Positions 12,265 to 24,385 are shown, counted from the stretch's first letter. The stretch: 64,000 nucleotides of DNA from Candidatus Planktophila sp. (GCA_044346015.1 JBIJAA010000002.1:43960-107959); one strand, 5' to 3'. The notes: generated from the letters alone by a model not told the origin. Numbers and translations are program-made.

Positions 12265-13563
12265 ATGACAGATATGAATTTCCCGCACCAGGCCAGCGCA
12301 GCAAGTGCGTTGATAGGAGATCCTTCGGCTTTTGGTCGAGTAGGCGAAGATGGAACCGTTTATGTTCGCACTTCGAACGGTGAAAAAGCAGTTGGTTCAT
12401 ATCCTGGTAAAACTGCAGAGGAAGCATTGTCATACTTCGTGAGAAAGTTTGAAGTACTAGCAGGTGAGATTGCACTGCTAGCGGCGCGCATCAAAAGTGG
12501 AGCAATGGTTCCGCAAGATGCATATACGGCCGTAAAGAAATTGCGCGATCAAGTTAAAGAATTTAATGGGGTTGGTGATTTGGATGCGTTGGCAGCATCA
12601 GTTGAACAAATTGAGCCTCTGATTGAGGGACATCGTGAAGCATATGAAGCGAAGAAAGCAGCTGAGACAGCGGCTAAGGCAGCACGACTTGCACAAATAG
12701 TTGTTGAAAAGGAAAAAATTGTTGCAGAGGCTGAAGGCTTAGCACTTTCTGAAAGCTGGAAGAGCACTGGAGATCGCCTCAAAGTACTTTTAGATGAATG
12801 GAAGGCAGCGCCACGTCTTGATAAGAAAGCTGATGCCGATCTATGGAAGCGTTTTTCCTCATCAAGAAATAAGTTTGATAAGCGTCGGAGAACACACTTT
12901 GCTGCTCTTGAAGCAACTCAAAGTGTTGTGGCAGATGCCAAAAAGCAGATTGTTGAGGAAGCAGAAAAACTTGCTACTTCAACTGATTGGGTAGCAACGG
13001 CTAAACGCTTCAAAGCACTGATGGATCTGTGGAAAGCAGCCGGACGTGGAAAGAAAAATGATGATGCAAAGCTGTGGTCACGCTTTAAGCTCGCACAGGA
13101 CCAATTCTTTACCGCAAAGAATGCAGACCTTGAAAAGCGGGATGCAACCATGGCGACAAACCTTGTAAAGCGAGAAGAATTACTCGTATTGATTGAAGCC
13201 GTACTGCCTATTACAGATGTTAAACAAGCAAGAAAAACCCTCAATGAGCATCTTCGTTCATGGGAGAAAATCGGTATGACTCATAGAGATAAGCGTGCAG
13301 CGATGGATGCACGAGTATCTGCTGTTGACAATGCCGTCAAGGAATCTGAGACTGAAATCTGGCGCAAAACTGATCCAGCAGCGAAGAAGCGGGCTCAAGA
13401 AGTTGTTGATCAACTTACTGAATCAATCGCAAATTACGAAAAGGCTGCGGCGAAATTCGCCGCTAGCGGAAACTCCAAGAAATCTGACGAGGCCACAGAA
13501 TCTGCAGCAGCACGCAGAGTTTGGTTGGCAGAGGCTGAAAAGGGTTTAGCCGAGTTTAACTAG
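12265..13563 (+). CDS. DUF349 domain protein
   Basis: FGRV.EDGTVYV N-terminus, three W..G...D..LW.RF repeats; ATG 12265 after GAAAGGA. Confidence 0.88.
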   Translation: MTDMNFPHQASAASALIGDPSAFGRVGEDGTVYVRTSNGEKAVGSYPGKTAEEALSYFVRKFEVLAGEIALLAARIKSGAMVPQDAYTAVKKLRDQVKEFNGVGDLDALAASVEQIEPLIEGHREAYEAKKAAETAAKAARLAQIVVEKEKIVAEAEGLALSESWKSTGDRLKVLLDEWKAAPRLDKKADADLWKRFSSSRNKFDKRRRTHFAALEATQSVVADAKKQIVEEAEKLATSTDWVATAKRFKALMDLWKAAGRGKKNDDAKLWSRFKLAQDQFFTAKNADLEKRDATMATNLVKREELLVLIEAVLPITDVKQARKTLNEHLRSWEKIGMTHRDKRAAMDARVSAVDNAVKESETEIWRKTDPAAKKRAQEVVDQLTESIANYEKAAAKFAASGNSKKSDEATESAAARRVWLAEAEKGLAEFN

Positions 13564-15722
13564 TTATTAGTTGTTCGATAAACATCATAAACGCCTTCAA
13601 TCCCCCGCACGGCTGCAAGCACCGCATCTAGATGAGTGGCATCTGCCATTTCAAAGGTGAAGCGAGAAAAAGCGGTTCGATCTTTTGATGTACTCACTGC
13701 AGCGCTAAGAATATTTACATGCTGATCCGACAAGGTCCGCGTTACATCGGCAAGGAGTGAAGCGCGGTCAAGAGCCTCAACTTGAATGTTGACTAAAAAT
13801 ACTGACGAGGCTCCGATGCGCCATTTAACGTTGACGACTCTGTCCAATTGATGCACCTGTAAGTCGTGCGCGTTAGAGCAATCTGCCCTATGGACTGAAA
13901 CTCCGCTGCCCTTGGTAATAAATCCCATGATTTTGTCTCCGGGCACAGGAGTGCAACAACGAGCAAGTTTTACAAGCACATCATCAGCACCTTCAACATC
14001 TACGGCATTGCTAGAGCGTCTAGCTGTAGGAACTCTATTTGCAAATACCTCCATCGTCGGTTCTGGATGAGAATCTTCAGCACCTATTGCCGCTACTAGT
14101 TTGTCGATGATTGATGCGGCAGAGACATAACCATCTCCAACCGCTGAATACAAGGCATCAATGTCTGGGTAGCGTAAATCGTGTGCCAACTCCAGTAGTG
14201 AATGGCCTGCAAAAATCTTTTGTAAAGGCAGTCCAGCTTTGCGCATCTGACGGGCAATTGATTCACGACCGGCATCGATAGCTTCCTCGCGACGCTCTTT
14301 GCTAAACCAGGCTTTGATCTTCGAACGTGCTCTTGGGCTCTTAACAAAATTCAGCCAATCACGGCTTGGTCCTGCAGTCTCACTCTTATTCGTAACAATC
14401 TCGACCACATCACCATTGTTAAGTCGTGAATCGAGCGGAACTAATCGACCATTTACCTTCGCCCCTGCGCACCGAAGTCCAACATCTGTGTGTACAGAAA
14501 AAGCGAAGTCAACAGGTGTCGAGCCACCAGGCAGGGCAACAACACTGCCCTTGGGAGTAAAGACGAAAACTTCCGGAGTTCCTAAATCAAAGCGCAATGC
14601 CTCCAAAAACTCAGAAGGATCCTCCGTTTCTTTCTGCCATTCATGTAACTGGCGCAGCCAGAGCATTTCAGGTGAACTATCTGTGTTCTCTGGACCTTGC
14701 TTATATTTCCAATGGGCGGCAATACCAAACTCAGCACGTGCATGCATGTCATAGGTTCGAATTTGAATTTCAATCGCTTTTCCAGTTGGTCCGATTACCG
14801 TAGTGTGCAATGACTGGTACAAATTAAACTTAGGCATCGCTATGTAATCTTTAAATCGCCCTGGCACGGGACTCCAACGTGCGTGTATTGAGCCAAGAAC
14901 TGCGTAACAATCACGCACATCATTTACTAATACTCTTATGCCAACAAGGTCATAAATTTCGTTAAACTCACGTCCGCGCACAACCATCTTTTGATAAACG
15001 GAGAAGAAATGCTTTTTTCTTCCAGTCACGGTGGCTTCAATATGATCACGTAAGAAATCTTCTTTAACTGAAGCAATAACTTGATCGGTCAAAGCGTCCC
15101 GCGAAGGTGAGCGCTCGGCGACTAGTCGCGAGATTTCCTCAAACTTCTTAGGTTCTAATACCTCAAAGGAGAGGTCTTCTAACTCCCACTTAATCGCGTT
15201 CATCCCTAGACGGTGAGCTAGTGGTGCGTAGATATCTAAGGTTTCTCGTGCTTTCCGTAACGCACTCTCTGCAGAAACATACTTCCAGGTTCGCGCGTTG
15301 TGTAAACGATCTGCCAATTTAATTACAAGGACTCGAATGTCTCTAGACATTGCAATCACCATTTTGCGAACAGTTTCTGCCTCAGCAGTTGGACCATAAG
15401 CAAGCTTGTCTAACTTAGTAACTCCATCTACAAGATTTGCAATCTCATCCCCAAAATCAATCCGTAACTGAGTCAGTGAATATTGCGTGTCTTCCACGGT
15501 GTCGTGAAGCAATGCAGCGATCACAGTCGCAGGATTTAATCCAAGATGAGCAAGAATTTCGGCCACCGCTACTGGATGGGTTATGTAAGGTTCACCAGAT
15601 TTTCGAAGCTGACCCTGATGGGCGTCCCGCGCGACTTCATATGCGCGTGAGACCTCATCAGAATCTACGGAGGCGTGATTTTCTTTGAGAGCACTAATTA
15701 CTGGTGCTATCAATGTATCCAC
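13560..15722 (-). CDS. relA: bifunctional (p)ppGpp synthetase/hydrolase Rel
   Basis: HDTVED hydrolase, RFKDY/YQSLHT/EIQIRT synthetase, TGS, CC zinc finger and ACT domains. Confidence 0.96.
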   Translation of the reverse strand: MDTLIAPVISALKENHASVDSDEVSRAYEVARDAHQGQLRKSGEPYITHPVAVAEILAHLGLNPATVIAALLHDTVEDTQYSLTQLRIDFGDEIANLVDGVTKLDKLAYGPTAEAETVRKMVIAMSRDIRVLVIKLADRLHNARTWKYVSAESALRKARETLDIYAPLAHRLGMNAIKWELEDLSFEVLEPKKFEEISRLVAERSPSRDALTDQVIASVKEDFLRDHIEATVTGRKKHFFSVYQKMVVRGREFNEIYDLVGIRVLVNDVRDCYAVLGSIHARWSPVPGRFKDYIAMPKFNLYQSLHTTVIGPTGKAIEIQIRTYDMHARAEFGIAAHWKYKQGPENTDSSPEMLWLRQLHEWQKETEDPSEFLEALRFDLGTPEVFVFTPKGSVVALPGGSTPVDFAFSVHTDVGLRCAGAKVNGRLVPLDSRLNNGDVVEIVTNKSETAGPSRDWLNFVKSPRARSKIKAWFSKERREEAIDAGRESIARQMRKAGLPLQKIFAGHSLLELAHDLRYPDIDALYSAVGDGYVSAASIIDKLVAAIGAEDSHPEPTMEVFANRVPTARRSSNAVDVEGADDVLVKLARCCTPVPGDKIMGFITKGSGVSVHRADCSNAHDLQVHQLDRVVNVKWRIGASSVFLVNIQVEALDRASLLADVTRTLSDQHVNILSAAVSTSKDRTAFSRFTFEMADATHLDAVLAAVRGIEGVYDVYRTTNN

Positions 15723-15730
15723 AAGAGACC

Positions 15731-16783
15731 TTACTTACGACCCTTACGCTTTGGTTGATTACGAGGACCGCGACCATTAATTGCAGCCCCTGCTGTCACA
15801 GGTTCGGCAATAGCCGATCCGCCTGCTCGTGCATGAACACGCTTTGCTAGAGCCTTCATCGCTGGCTCTCTTTCGCGTAACTGCGCAAGAACTGGCGGTG
15901 CAATGAAAATCGAAGAATAGGTTCCAACGGCTAGTCCAATAAATAACGCCAAAGAAAGGTCCTTCAAAGTTCCTGCACCCAGTAGTCCTGCTCCGACGAA
16001 GAGAATCGAGCCAACCGGTAAAAGTGCGATAAGTGAAGTGTTAGCAGAACGCACAAGCGTTTGATTCACTGCGTGATTAACCGCTTGTGAGTAAGTCTTA
16101 GTTGATGTAGATGTAATTGTCCGGGTGTTTTCACGCACCTTGTCAAAAACCACAACAGTGTCATACAGCGAATAACCAAGAATGGTCAAAAACCCGATAA
16201 TCGTTGCAGGAGTGACATCAAAGCCAACCAATGCGTAAATACCGACGGTAATGAATACATCGTGCACCACTGCGACAATAGCTGCGATGGACATCTTCGG
16301 TTCAAATGCCATTGCTAGATAAAGCATCACAACGATCAAGAATCCAATAAGTCCATAAATGGCCTTTTGAGTAATCTCTTTACCCCACGAAGGACCAATT
16401 ATTTGGATATCGATCGAATCAGTTGCTACGCCGAATTCTTTCGCCAAGGCATCTTGTACAGCATTGTTTTGCAAAGTATCAAGAGCACCGGTCTGCACGC
16501 TGACTTTGTCATCGCCGATTGTTTGAACAATAATTTCTCCCGGAATGCCTAGTGTTTCCACGGCGGTACGAGCTTGTTCAACGGTGGCAGTTGCCTTGGT
16601 CACCGTAAACGACGAACCACCTTTAAACTCAATTCCAAGATGCAAACCTTGTAGTGCCAGTGCAGCAATTGAAGCAAGTATGAATAATGCAGAGATTGAA
16701 TACCAACGGCGACGCTTTCCAATAAAATCAACCGCAGTTTCACCGCGATAAAGGCGGCCACCAAGTCCTGAAATCTTCGACAT
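15731..16783 (-). CDS. secF: protein translocase subunit SecF
   Basis: LGIEFKGG, GYSLYDTVVVFDKVRE, GTYSSIFIA. Confidence 0.96.
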   Translation of the reverse strand: MSKISGLGGRLYRGETAVDFIGKRRRWYSISALFILASIAALALQGLHLGIEFKGGSSFTVTKATATVEQARTAVETLGIPGEIIVQTIGDDKVSVQTGALDTLQNNAVQDALAKEFGVATDSIDIQIIGPSWGKEITQKAIYGLIGFLIVVMLYLAMAFEPKMSIAAIVAVVHDVFITVGIYALVGFDVTPATIIGFLTILGYSLYDTVVVFDKVRENTRTITSTSTKTYSQAVNHAVNQTLVRSANTSLIALLPVGSILFVGAGLLGAGTLKDLSLALFIGLAVGTYSSIFIAPPVLAQLREREPAMKALAKRVHARAGGSAIAEPVTAGAAINGRGPRNQPKRKGRK

Positions 16784-16785
16784 CG

Positions 16786-18315
16786 TTATGCCTCCTTCGC
16801 AACTAAAGTGCCCAAGCTCTTGCTTGAGAATCCCGACCAGGCATGGCCTGAACTAAAGAATTGAACTTTTACCAGTAGCTCGACGAGCGGTTTAGTGAAG
16901 AAAAACACTATGAGCAGGTCAACAAGCGTGGTGAGTCCCAATGTGAACGCGAAACCTCGAACGCCACCTACAGCGAATATATAAAGCAAAGCAGCAGCAA
17001 TTAAGGAAACGAAGTCCGCCACCAAAATAGTTCTTCGCGCTCGGAGCCAACCGGTTTCTACGGCTGTTCGCATTGACTTTCCTTCACGCATCTCATCTTT
17101 AATACGCTCGAAGTAAATAATGAATGAGTCAGCGGTAACACCGATTGCGACAATTGCACCCGCAATACCCGCCAAAGTCAGAGTAAATCCAATCCACTTT
17201 CCAAGAAGTAGGAAGAGTAGATAGATCACGCCAGCAGCCACAGTTAATGAACCAATTGTCACTAATCCCAGTCCGCGGTAATACAACAAGGAATACAACA
17301 TAACTAGACCAAGACCAAGTGCACCTGCGAGTAAACCGCCATTAAGTTGGTCTGCACCAAGAGTTGGGGAAACTAGCTGAACTTCACCGCGATCAAATGC
17401 CAATGGCAAGGATCCGTAATTAAGATTCTTAGCCAAATCGCTTGCTTCTACTGCGGTGAAGCGGCCCGTAATTTGCGCATTTCCACCAGGGATGGCTTCA
17501 TTGATGCGAGGTGATGAAATAACTACCCCGTCAAGAACAATTGCAACTTGATTGGTTGGGGAAACTTGATTGATTGGGTCTGGTAATCCAGTAACACGTG
17601 CAGTTAAGGCACCAAAAGCTGCCGCGCCTTCCGAATCAAATGTAAGATTCACAGACCAGTTGCTTCCGGCTTGAGTGTCAAGGTCTGCAGATGCGTCAGA
17701 AATTTGACGCCCCAAGACTTCAGCTGGAGCCAAAACATATTTAGTTTTTCCCGCCTTATCGCAGGCAACAATCACAGCTTCAGGAAGATCAGCAGAGTTG
17801 CCCTGCAGATTTTCAGGTTTAGAGCAATCAATGGTTGCGAACCTTGCACTCACTTCCGGACTTACACCTTGAAGTGGAGCAGCCGCCACATCTGCAGCAG
17901 TTGGAATCCCAGAACCTATAGCCAATACTTGACGAAATCTCATTTCCGCTGTTGTTCCTACTAACTCAACTAGTTCACGACTAGTTGCTCCTGGTAGTGC
18001 GACAACTATCTGACGATTAGTTCCACTACCTTGAGCTGTGACAGTTGATTCAGCGATGCCTCTGCCGTCAACTCGAAGTCGGATAATAGAAACAGCTTGA
18101 TCGATCGATTCGTTTGTTACTTTTCCTTCTTCACCAGGAGCAATTCGAGGTTGCAGGGTCACAGAGGTTCCACCGCGAAGATCTAGACCTAAACGAACCG
18201 AAGTAGCTCCCTGAATGAAGACCAGGCTGGTCATGGCTATTAGGAGAATGGCGAGGATCGCTAAAGAACGGCCAGGGCGTGAAGCCGTCTTTGCTGTTTT
18301 ATTAGTTGTAGACAT
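16786..18315 (-). CDS. secD: protein translocase subunit SecD
   Basis: LGLDLRGG, TLAGIAG, DSFIIYFERIKDE, VRGFAFTL. Confidence 0.96.
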   Translation of the reverse strand: MSTTNKTAKTASRPGRSLAILAILLIAMTSLVFIQGATSVRLGLDLRGGTSVTLQPRIAPGEEGKVTNESIDQAVSIIRLRVDGRGIAESTVTAQGSGTNRQIVVALPGATSRELVELVGTTAEMRFRQVLAIGSGIPTAADVAAAPLQGVSPEVSARFATIDCSKPENLQGNSADLPEAVIVACDKAGKTKYVLAPAEVLGRQISDASADLDTQAGSNWSVNLTFDSEGAAAFGALTARVTGLPDPINQVSPTNQVAIVLDGVVISSPRINEAIPGGNAQITGRFTAVEASDLAKNLNYGSLPLAFDRGEVQLVSPTLGADQLNGGLLAGALGLGLVMLYSLLYYRGLGLVTIGSLTVAAGVIYLLFLLLGKWIGFTLTLAGIAGAIVAIGVTADSFIIYFERIKDEMREGKSMRTAVETGWLRARRTILVADFVSLIAAALLYIFAVGGVRGFAFTLGLTTLVDLLIVFFFTKPLVELLVKVQFFSSGHAWSGFSSKSLGTLVAKEA

Positions 18316-18326
18316 AAGGCGAGAGT

Positions 18327-19367
18327 CTAGGCGTCAGGTGCTGGTAAGTCGAAAAGCGTAGAGATTTCCGCAGGTGGTGTTCGTCCTATGTGCCGCCAGC
18401 CTTGTGTGGTGGCTACTCGCCCGCGTGGAGTGCGTGCCATGAAGCCATTTCGGACCAGAAATGGTTCAGCAACGGATTCAACGGTTTCAACTTCTTCGCC
18501 CACGGCAATAGCCAAGGTGGAAAGCCCTACTGGTCCCCCGTTAAATCTTTCGATCAGGGCCACAAGAACACCTCGATCCAGCCGGTCCAGACCTAGTTCA
18601 TCGACTTCATACATCTCAAGTGCAGCTCGTGCATCCAATAATGAAATGCGTGAACTCCCCTGAACCTGGGCAAAATCACGAACACGGCGCAATAAACGAT
18701 TTGCGATGCGAGGGGTGCCACGAGAACGCCCAGCAACCTCAACAATTGCATCCTTATCTATAACAATCTTTAGAAGCTCTGAACTTCTAGTTATCACGTG
18801 TGCAATATCTTTTTCATTATAGAAATCAAGGTGTGCGGTAAATCCAAATCGATCGCGCAATGGACTAGGTAGCAACCCTGCGCGGGTAGTAGCACCTACC
18901 AAAGTGAAATGCGGAAGTTGCAATGGAATTGCGGTTGCTCCCGGACCTTTGCCAACTACAACATCAACACGAAAATCTTCCATCGCCAAATAGAGAAGTT
19001 CTTCAGCAGGTCGTGGAAGTCGATGAATTTCATCTAAGAAAAGAATTTCACCTTCAACGAGTGAAGAAAGTATCGCCGCTAAATCACCCGCGTGTGTTAT
19101 CGCCGGGCCACTAGTAATTCGAATCGGTGCCTGCATTTCAGTTGCCAAAATTAATGCAAGGGTTGTTTTTCCCAAACCAGGAGGACCTGACAGTAAAATA
19201 TGATCTGCCGGCGTATTACGATGACGCGCAGCCGTTAACAAAACATCGATCTGCTCGCGGACTCGTTCTTGTCCCACAAAGTCATGCAGATTCTTCGGAC
19301 GCAGCGCGTGTTCAACAGAAGATTCCTCGTTCTTAATCTGTGGGGTTACCAACCGTTCGTCAGCCAC
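18327..19367 (-). CDS. ruvB: Holliday junction helicase RuvB
   Basis: [38 protein letters not shown]; likely GTG start 19367. Confidence 0.97.
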   Translation of the reverse strand: MADERLVTPQIKNEESSVEHALRPKNLHDFVGQERVREQIDVLLTAARHRNTPADHILLSGPPGLGKTTLALILATEMQAPIRITSGPAITHAGDLAAILSSLVEGEILFLDEIHRLPRPAEELLYLAMEDFRVDVVVGKGPGATAIPLQLPHFTLVGATTRAGLLPSPLRDRFGFTAHLDFYNEKDIAHVITRSSELLKIVIDKDAIVEVAGRSRGTPRIANRLLRRVRDFAQVQGSSRISLLDARAALEMYEVDELGLDRLDRGVLVALIERFNGGPVGLSTLAIAVGEEVETVESVAEPFLVRNGFMARTPRGRVATTQGWRHIGRTPPAEISTLFDLPAPDA

Positions 19368-19974
19368 GTGCGCTCTTTCCGCTGGCAAGAGTTAACTTTA
19401 ATAATTCACTCAAATCTATCTGGGCTGCATCTATGCCATCTGCCTGCAGCGTTGAAACAACCTGAGAAATTGCACCATCGGACTCTTTTGGTGAAAAACC
19501 AAGTGAAACCAGCGCGCTAGTTAACTGTTCGCGCCAGGCCGGCTGATGTCCCTTGTATGGATGAACTGATGAAAGATCAGATAACTTGCCTTTAAGTTCA
19601 AGAATCAATCGTTGTGCACCTTTTCGGCCAATGCCCGGAACTTTCTCAATCGCACTGATGTCCTCTTGGGAAATTGCTCGGCCTAAATCCTCAGGAGTCA
19701 GTGCTCCCAAAATTGAAAGTGCAACCTTTGGGCCAATGCCAGAGACTGTTTGCACGAGTTCAAATAAAGAACGAGATTCATCATTTATGAAACCAAACAA
19801 AGTTAACGAATCTTCACGAACAACCAGTGAGGTGAACAATTGAACTTGCGAGCCAAGTGTTACCTGGGATGCGGTTTGTGGATTTACTAAGACAGATATT
19901 CCGAAGCCACCTACTTCGACTATGAGGCGATCGGTTGATATTGATCGAACAGATCCTGTCAAAATCGAAATCAT
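19360..19974 (-). CDS. ruvA: Holliday junction branch migration protein RuvA
   Basis: [30 protein letters not shown]. Confidence 0.96.
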   Translation of the reverse strand: MISILTGSVRSISTDRLIVEVGGFGISVLVNPQTASQVTLGSQVQLFTSLVVREDSLTLFGFINDESRSLFELVQTVSGIGPKVALSILGALTPEDLGRAISQEDISAIEKVPGIGRKGAQRLILELKGKLSDLSSVHPYKGHQPAWREQLTSALVSLGFSPKESDGAISQVVSTLQADGIDAAQIDLSELLKLTLASGKSARG

Positions 19975-20510
19975 CTGGCACGCAATTTCTTTAATCGTGA
20001 TTGCTCGGCAGCCAACGCTTGAGCAATTTTAGTATTTCCGCCGCCCCGCCAGATATGGCAAATTGCCAAAGCAAGTGCATCTGTTGCATCCACCGGCTTT
20101 GGAATTGTGTCGAGATTAAGAATCTTCTGAACCATGAGTGCGACTTGTGCTTTGTTAGCACGCCCACTACCAGTTACAGATGCCTTAACTTCAGATGGAG
20201 TATGCATCATGACTGGTATTCCTGCTTTAGCCGCAAGAAGTAACGCGATTCCTGCAGCTTGTCCTGTTCCCATTACTGTTCTCACATTATGTTGAGAAAA
20301 AACTCTTTCAACAGCGATCACATCTGGCTTCCAGAGATTTATCCACTCGGACAGTTGCTGGTCTAGATCCAACAAGCGCTGATCAAGGGCAGCATCGGTT
20401 GGAGTCAAAATCACGCCGACTCCTACTAATGAAATCGGTGAACCTATTGCACCTTCGACAATGCCAACACCGCAACGAGTAAGGCCAGGGTCAACACCCA
20501 AAACTCTCAT
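19971..20510 (-). CDS. ruvC: crossover junction endodeoxyribonuclease RuvC
   Basis: GVDPG, ERVF, GSGRANK, DATDALA. Confidence 0.96.
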   Translation of the reverse strand: MRVLGVDPGLTRCGVGIVEGAIGSPISLVGVGVILTPTDAALDQRLLDLDQQLSEWINLWKPDVIAVERVFSQHNVRTVMGTGQAAGIALLLAAKAGIPVMMHTPSEVKASVTGSGRANKAQVALMVQKILNLDTIPKPVDATDALALAICHIWRGGGNTKIAQALAAEQSRLKKLRAR

Positions 20511-20571
20511 TGTTTAGCCTCGCTCTTTCTCACTCGTTTAGTCCACAAGCCTAGAGATGCTGAACAAGTAG

Positions 20572-21324
20572 TTAATCGAGGCTCGCCATAACCTCGTCGG
20601 AAACATCAAAGTTACTATAAACATTCTGCACATCATCTAGCTCTTCGATCGCATCAATTAGTTCAAATACCTTTTTTGCTCCATCAGAATCTAGTGGGAT
20701 AGACATCGATGGCAGGAATGAGGAGTCGGCTGATTCATAATCAATCCCGGCATTTTGCAGGGCTGTGCGCACTGGAACGAGATCAACGGGCTCGCTAACT
20801 ATCTCGAATGCTTCGCCTAAATCGTTGACCTCTTCTGCTCCTGCCTCAAGAACTGCTTCTAGAAGTGAGTCCTCAGTAATTTTTCCATCCTTCTTCACAA
20901 TAACTACGCCTTTGCGATTGAACAGATAAGAAACTGATCCCAGATCTGCCATAGAACCGCCGTTGCGAGTGACAGCAACTTTAACTTCCGATGCCGAACG
21001 ATTGCGGTTATCAGATAAGCACTCAATCATGATTGCAACCCCATTTGGGCCATAACCTTCATACATAATTGTGATCCAGTCTTTAGCGCCAGCCTCAAGA
21101 CCTGCGCCACGCTTTATTGCGCGATCAATATTGTCTGCTGGCATCGAAGACTTCTTGGCCTTTGCAACAGCATCAAAAAGTGTTGGGTTGCCATCCATGT
21201 CAGCCCCGCCATTGCGAGCGGCAACTTCAATTGCTCGAATCTGTTTAGCAAATACCTTTGCACGGCGACTATCAATGATTGCCTTCTTGTGCTTGGTCGT
21301 CGCCCACTTGGAATGGCCGGACAT
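20572..21324 (-). CDS. yebC: YebC/PmpR family protein
   Basis: [22 protein letters not shown]. Confidence 0.95.
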   Translation of the reverse strand: MSGHSKWATTKHKKAIIDSRRAKVFAKQIRAIEVAARNGGADMDGNPTLFDAVAKAKKSSMPADNIDRAIKRGAGLEAGAKDWITIMYEGYGPNGVAIMIECLSDNRNRSASEVKVAVTRNGGSMADLGSVSYLFNRKGVVIVKKDGKITEDSLLEAVLEAGAEEVNDLGEAFEIVSEPVDLVPVRTALQNAGIDYESADSSFLPSMSIPLDSDGAKKVFELIDAIEELDDVQNVYSNFDVSDEVMASLD

Positions 21325-21357
21325 TAGAACACCTCAATCTGACGTTAAACGATGTGT

Positions 21358-21954
21358 CTACTTTACCTTCTCTAATGCAGGCCGTGCCACTTCCTCAATA
21401 AAGTAGCGATGAATGCGATGATCCCCTGTTAGTTCAGGGTGGAAAGAGGTCGCAAACAATGTTTCTGAGCGCACTGCAACGGGATGCTTATCAACAGATG
21501 CTAAAACTTGAACTCCATCTCCGACCTTTTCAACCCATGGTGCTCGGATGAAAACGGCTCTGACCAAATCTGCTGAGCCATCATCAAATGCGATATCTGA
21601 TTCAAAGGAGTCGACTTGCCGACCAAAAGCATTTCTACGAACTGTTATGTCTAGGCCACCAAAACTCTTCTGACCTTCTTTTGCGTCCAAGATTTCATCA
21701 GCTAAAAGAATCATTCCTGCGCATGAACCATAGACCGGCATGCCTTCTTTGATGCGATCTTTTATGTGGCTATAAACGCCAAAGACTTCGGACAGTTGGG
21801 CAATTGTTGTTGATTCTCCGCCTGGTAAAACTAAAGCATCTACTTGATCTAGCTCGATTGCTCGCCGAACGGCAATTGGATTAACTCCGCAGGCGATGAG
21901 CGAACTAATGTGTTCACGCACATCACCCTGAAGAGCTAAAACCCCAACCTTCAT
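21358..21954 (-). CDS. pdxT: PLP synthase glutaminase subunit
   Basis: GVLALQG, PGGESTT, GSCAG, FHPE. Confidence 0.96.
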   Translation of the reverse strand: MKVGVLALQGDVREHISSLIACGVNPIAVRRAIELDQVDALVLPGGESTTIAQLSEVFGVYSHIKDRIKEGMPVYGSCAGMILLADEILDAKEGQKSFGGLDITVRRNAFGRQVDSFESDIAFDDGSADLVRAVFIRAPWVEKVGDGVQVLASVDKHPVAVRSETLFATSFHPELTGDHRIHRYFIEEVARPALEKVK

Positions 21955-21965
21955 TGCTTAAAAAA

Positions 21966-22853
21966 TTACCAACCGCGCTCAGAAAGACGATGGGGTGCTG
22001 GCAAATCGGCAACATTAATTCCAACCATTGCTTCACCCAGACCACGTGATGCATCGGCAACAACTTTTGGATCATCCCAAAATGTTGTCGCTTTAACACA
22101 TGCTGCTGCGCGCTGAGCAGGGTTTCCAGATTTGAAAATACCCGAGCCAATGAACACGCCATCTGCGCCCATGCTCATCATTAACGCAGCATCTGCAGGA
22201 GTTGCAATTCCTCCAGCAGTAAAGAGAACCACTGGAAGCTTGCCAGTCTCTGCTACCTCTTTAACAAGAGCGTATGGTGCTTGTAATTCCTTAGCTGCAA
22301 CATAAAGTTCATCTTCGCGCATCGATGACAAACGACGAATCTCTCCGCCGATCTTGCGCATGTGCATCATGGCATTTGAAACATCGCCTGTACCAGCTTC
22401 ACCCTTTGAACGGATCATTGCAGCGCCTTCGTTAATACGGCGAAGTGCTTCTCCAAGATTTGTAGCTCCGCAAACAAAAGGAACGGTGAAGCCCCACTTA
22501 TCAATATGATTTTCATAATCTGATGGTGTTAAAACTTCTGACTCATCGATGTAATCAACATTGAGTGACTGCAAAACTTGAGCTTCTACAAAGTGGCCAA
22601 TTCGTGCCTTTGCCATTACGGGAATAGATACTGCTGCTTGAATCTTTTCAATCATGTCTGGATCAGACATGCGAGCAACGCCACCTTGTGCGCGGATATC
22701 AGCAGGTACGCGCTCTAGCGCCATGACTGCAACAGCACCGGCATCTTCAGCAATCTTTGCTTGTTCGGCATTAACGACATCCATGATGACGCCACCTTTA
22801 AGCATTTCAGCCATTCCGCGCTTAACGCGAGCCGTGCCAGTTACTTCAGCCAT
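21966..22853 (-). CDS. pdxS: PLP synthase lyase subunit
   Basis: [29 protein letters not shown] end. Confidence 0.97.
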   Translation of the reverse strand: MAEVTGTARVKRGMAEMLKGGVIMDVVNAEQAKIAEDAGAVAVMALERVPADIRAQGGVARMSDPDMIEKIQAAVSIPVMAKARIGHFVEAQVLQSLNVDYIDESEVLTPSDYENHIDKWGFTVPFVCGATNLGEALRRINEGAAMIRSKGEAGTGDVSNAMMHMRKIGGEIRRLSSMREDELYVAAKELQAPYALVKEVAETGKLPVVLFTAGGIATPADAALMMSMGADGVFIGSGIFKSGNPAQRAAACVKATTFWDDPKVVADASRGLGEAMVGINVADLPAPHRLSERGW

Positions 22854-22893
22854 GTTTATGTACTCCGCTTCAATCGAAAGATAGGTCGCAATA

Positions 22894-23889
22894 CTACTTT
22901 GTCTTGGCCGCAGGTGGCGAGGTGAAATCAGGCTCGCGATCTGTCAATGCAATCCAAATCTGCCCTGGGTCAAACTGCATGACAGTCCCATCAGGCAGGG
23001 TAAAGGTTGTTCCTACCTCCGATGAGGCCCTACTCCACGTAGTTACAAACCGCTGACCATCTCGAAGTACATAGGCTGTGCCCGTACCAACAGTTTGGGA
23101 AAAGGGAGTGACTCCCCCAACTTTATCTTTGTACTCTGACGGCGTTATCGAAACCATTTGTATTACCAATGTGGTTGGCCCCAAGACAAAACCCGATTCT
23201 GCAACATCAAGAGAATTATTATGCGATAACAACCATCGTAATTGTTCTTCAGACCAAGTCGCCGAATATCTTGCCGCAGGCCAGTGCATCACCGCCGAAT
23301 CTGTAGGCACTCCCCCTTCGGGTAGATCACCAAATTCAAACCCAATGCTCTTTGCCGAATCAATAACGTAATTCTTTTCAATGATTTTTTCCATCAATAA
23401 ATCAGCACGCAAAACCATTGCATACGGAGGTATTCGATTTGGGTCGGTTGTATAAATCGTTGGACTTTGTCGCTGTGCTCCTAAATCTTGTAAATTAGCT
23501 TCAGCAATTACAGTCAGCAGTTTTCGCTGTGCGCCACTGTAAGCAAATGCCACTCGTCCAAACTGGGAAAGAATATCTATGTCTGAAATACGGGCACTTC
23601 GAACTGGACCTATCCACTTCGGAATCGTTGATGAAAAAACTGCGGCTAAACGTGTTAGACCGCCTTCAACCTGTTCGATATAGACAATGTCTGCATCTTC
23701 TAAGCCGACCTGAGGATGAGCTTGGGTCGTGTCATCTATTTTCACTACTAAAACTGGACCATTAACACCCTCGCGCCCACTTAACACATTTGTGTTTGTC
23801 TTCTTGGTAGTTGTCGTGGAAATTACTGAGCCTCCTGCAATAAGTAGGCCGAGAATCACACCCAGGATTATTGAACGTCTAGAGAACAT
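22894..23889 (-). CDS. DUF3048 domain exported protein
   Basis: N-terminal TM/signal; VKIDD...HPQ.GL..AD.VY.E.VEGG.TR; GPVRSAR. Confidence 0.85.
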   Translation of the reverse strand: MFSRRSIILGVILGLLIAGGSVISTTTTKKTNTNVLSGREGVNGPVLVVKIDDTTQAHPQVGLEDADIVYIEQVEGGLTRLAAVFSSTIPKWIGPVRSARISDIDILSQFGRVAFAYSGAQRKLLTVIAEANLQDLGAQRQSPTIYTTDPNRIPPYAMVLRADLLMEKIIEKNYVIDSAKSIGFEFGDLPEGGVPTDSAVMHWPAARYSATWSEEQLRWLLSHNNSLDVAESGFVLGPTTLVIQMVSITPSEYKDKVGGVTPFSQTVGTGTAYVLRDGQRFVTTWSRASSEVGTTFTLPDGTVMQFDPGQIWIALTDREPDFTSPPAAKTK

Positions 23890-24385
23890 CAGACTCAAAT
23901 TCATACGTGACCGGCAACGGCGCAGTGCCAGCCAATCGGAAAACTCTCACGATCAATTTCTTTCGCACCATCTGCGTGCGGGTTACCGCATCTTTATGCA
24001 GAGCGATAGCAACTCTTATTTTGTCAGTTAGCGCCGAGAGCTCTGTCAATAAAGCACTATCGGCCGCTGTTGTTAGATGACGAGAATCTTCGAGTAACAA
24101 ACCGAGTGTTCCGGACAATCCACTTTCTGCCGCTGATCTGCTTTGAATATCTGCATCCCTTGCCTGATATGCCGCACCTGTAAGGAGTAAGGAGGAGGCA
24201 GGATCTGCAATATCACTATGTGCAATTTCTAGTGCGACAGCCGCTCTTTTTTGCAGCAACACATCAAGGTTGGCCCAACTATTCTCAACCCGGTGGTGCA
24301 GTCGATCTAACCGAGTTGCTAAAAACGTTAGGTACCAAATGGTAATCAAGACAAAAAATACAACCAAAGCCCAATCTGTCATCAC
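23879..24385 (-). CDS. conserved membrane protein (LemA-like) downstream of pimA
   Basis: N-terminal TM, RLDRLH.R, FRLAG.AP.P motif typical of this locus. Confidence 0.7.
   Translation of the reverse strand: MMTDWALVVFFVLITIWYLTFLATRLDRLHHRVENSWANLDVLLQKRAAVALEIAHSDIADPASSLLLTGAAYQARDADIQSRSAAESGLSGTLGLLLEDSRHLTTAADSALLTELSALTDKIRVAIALHKDAVTRTQMVRKKLIVRVFRLAGTAPLPVTYEFESDVL

Noticed and set aside
20559-20579. Possible LexA box upstream of ruvC (GAAC-AAGTA-GTTA)
   Set aside because: Spacing is 5 rather than 4 and one half-site is mismatched relative to TCGAAC-N4-GTTCGA.
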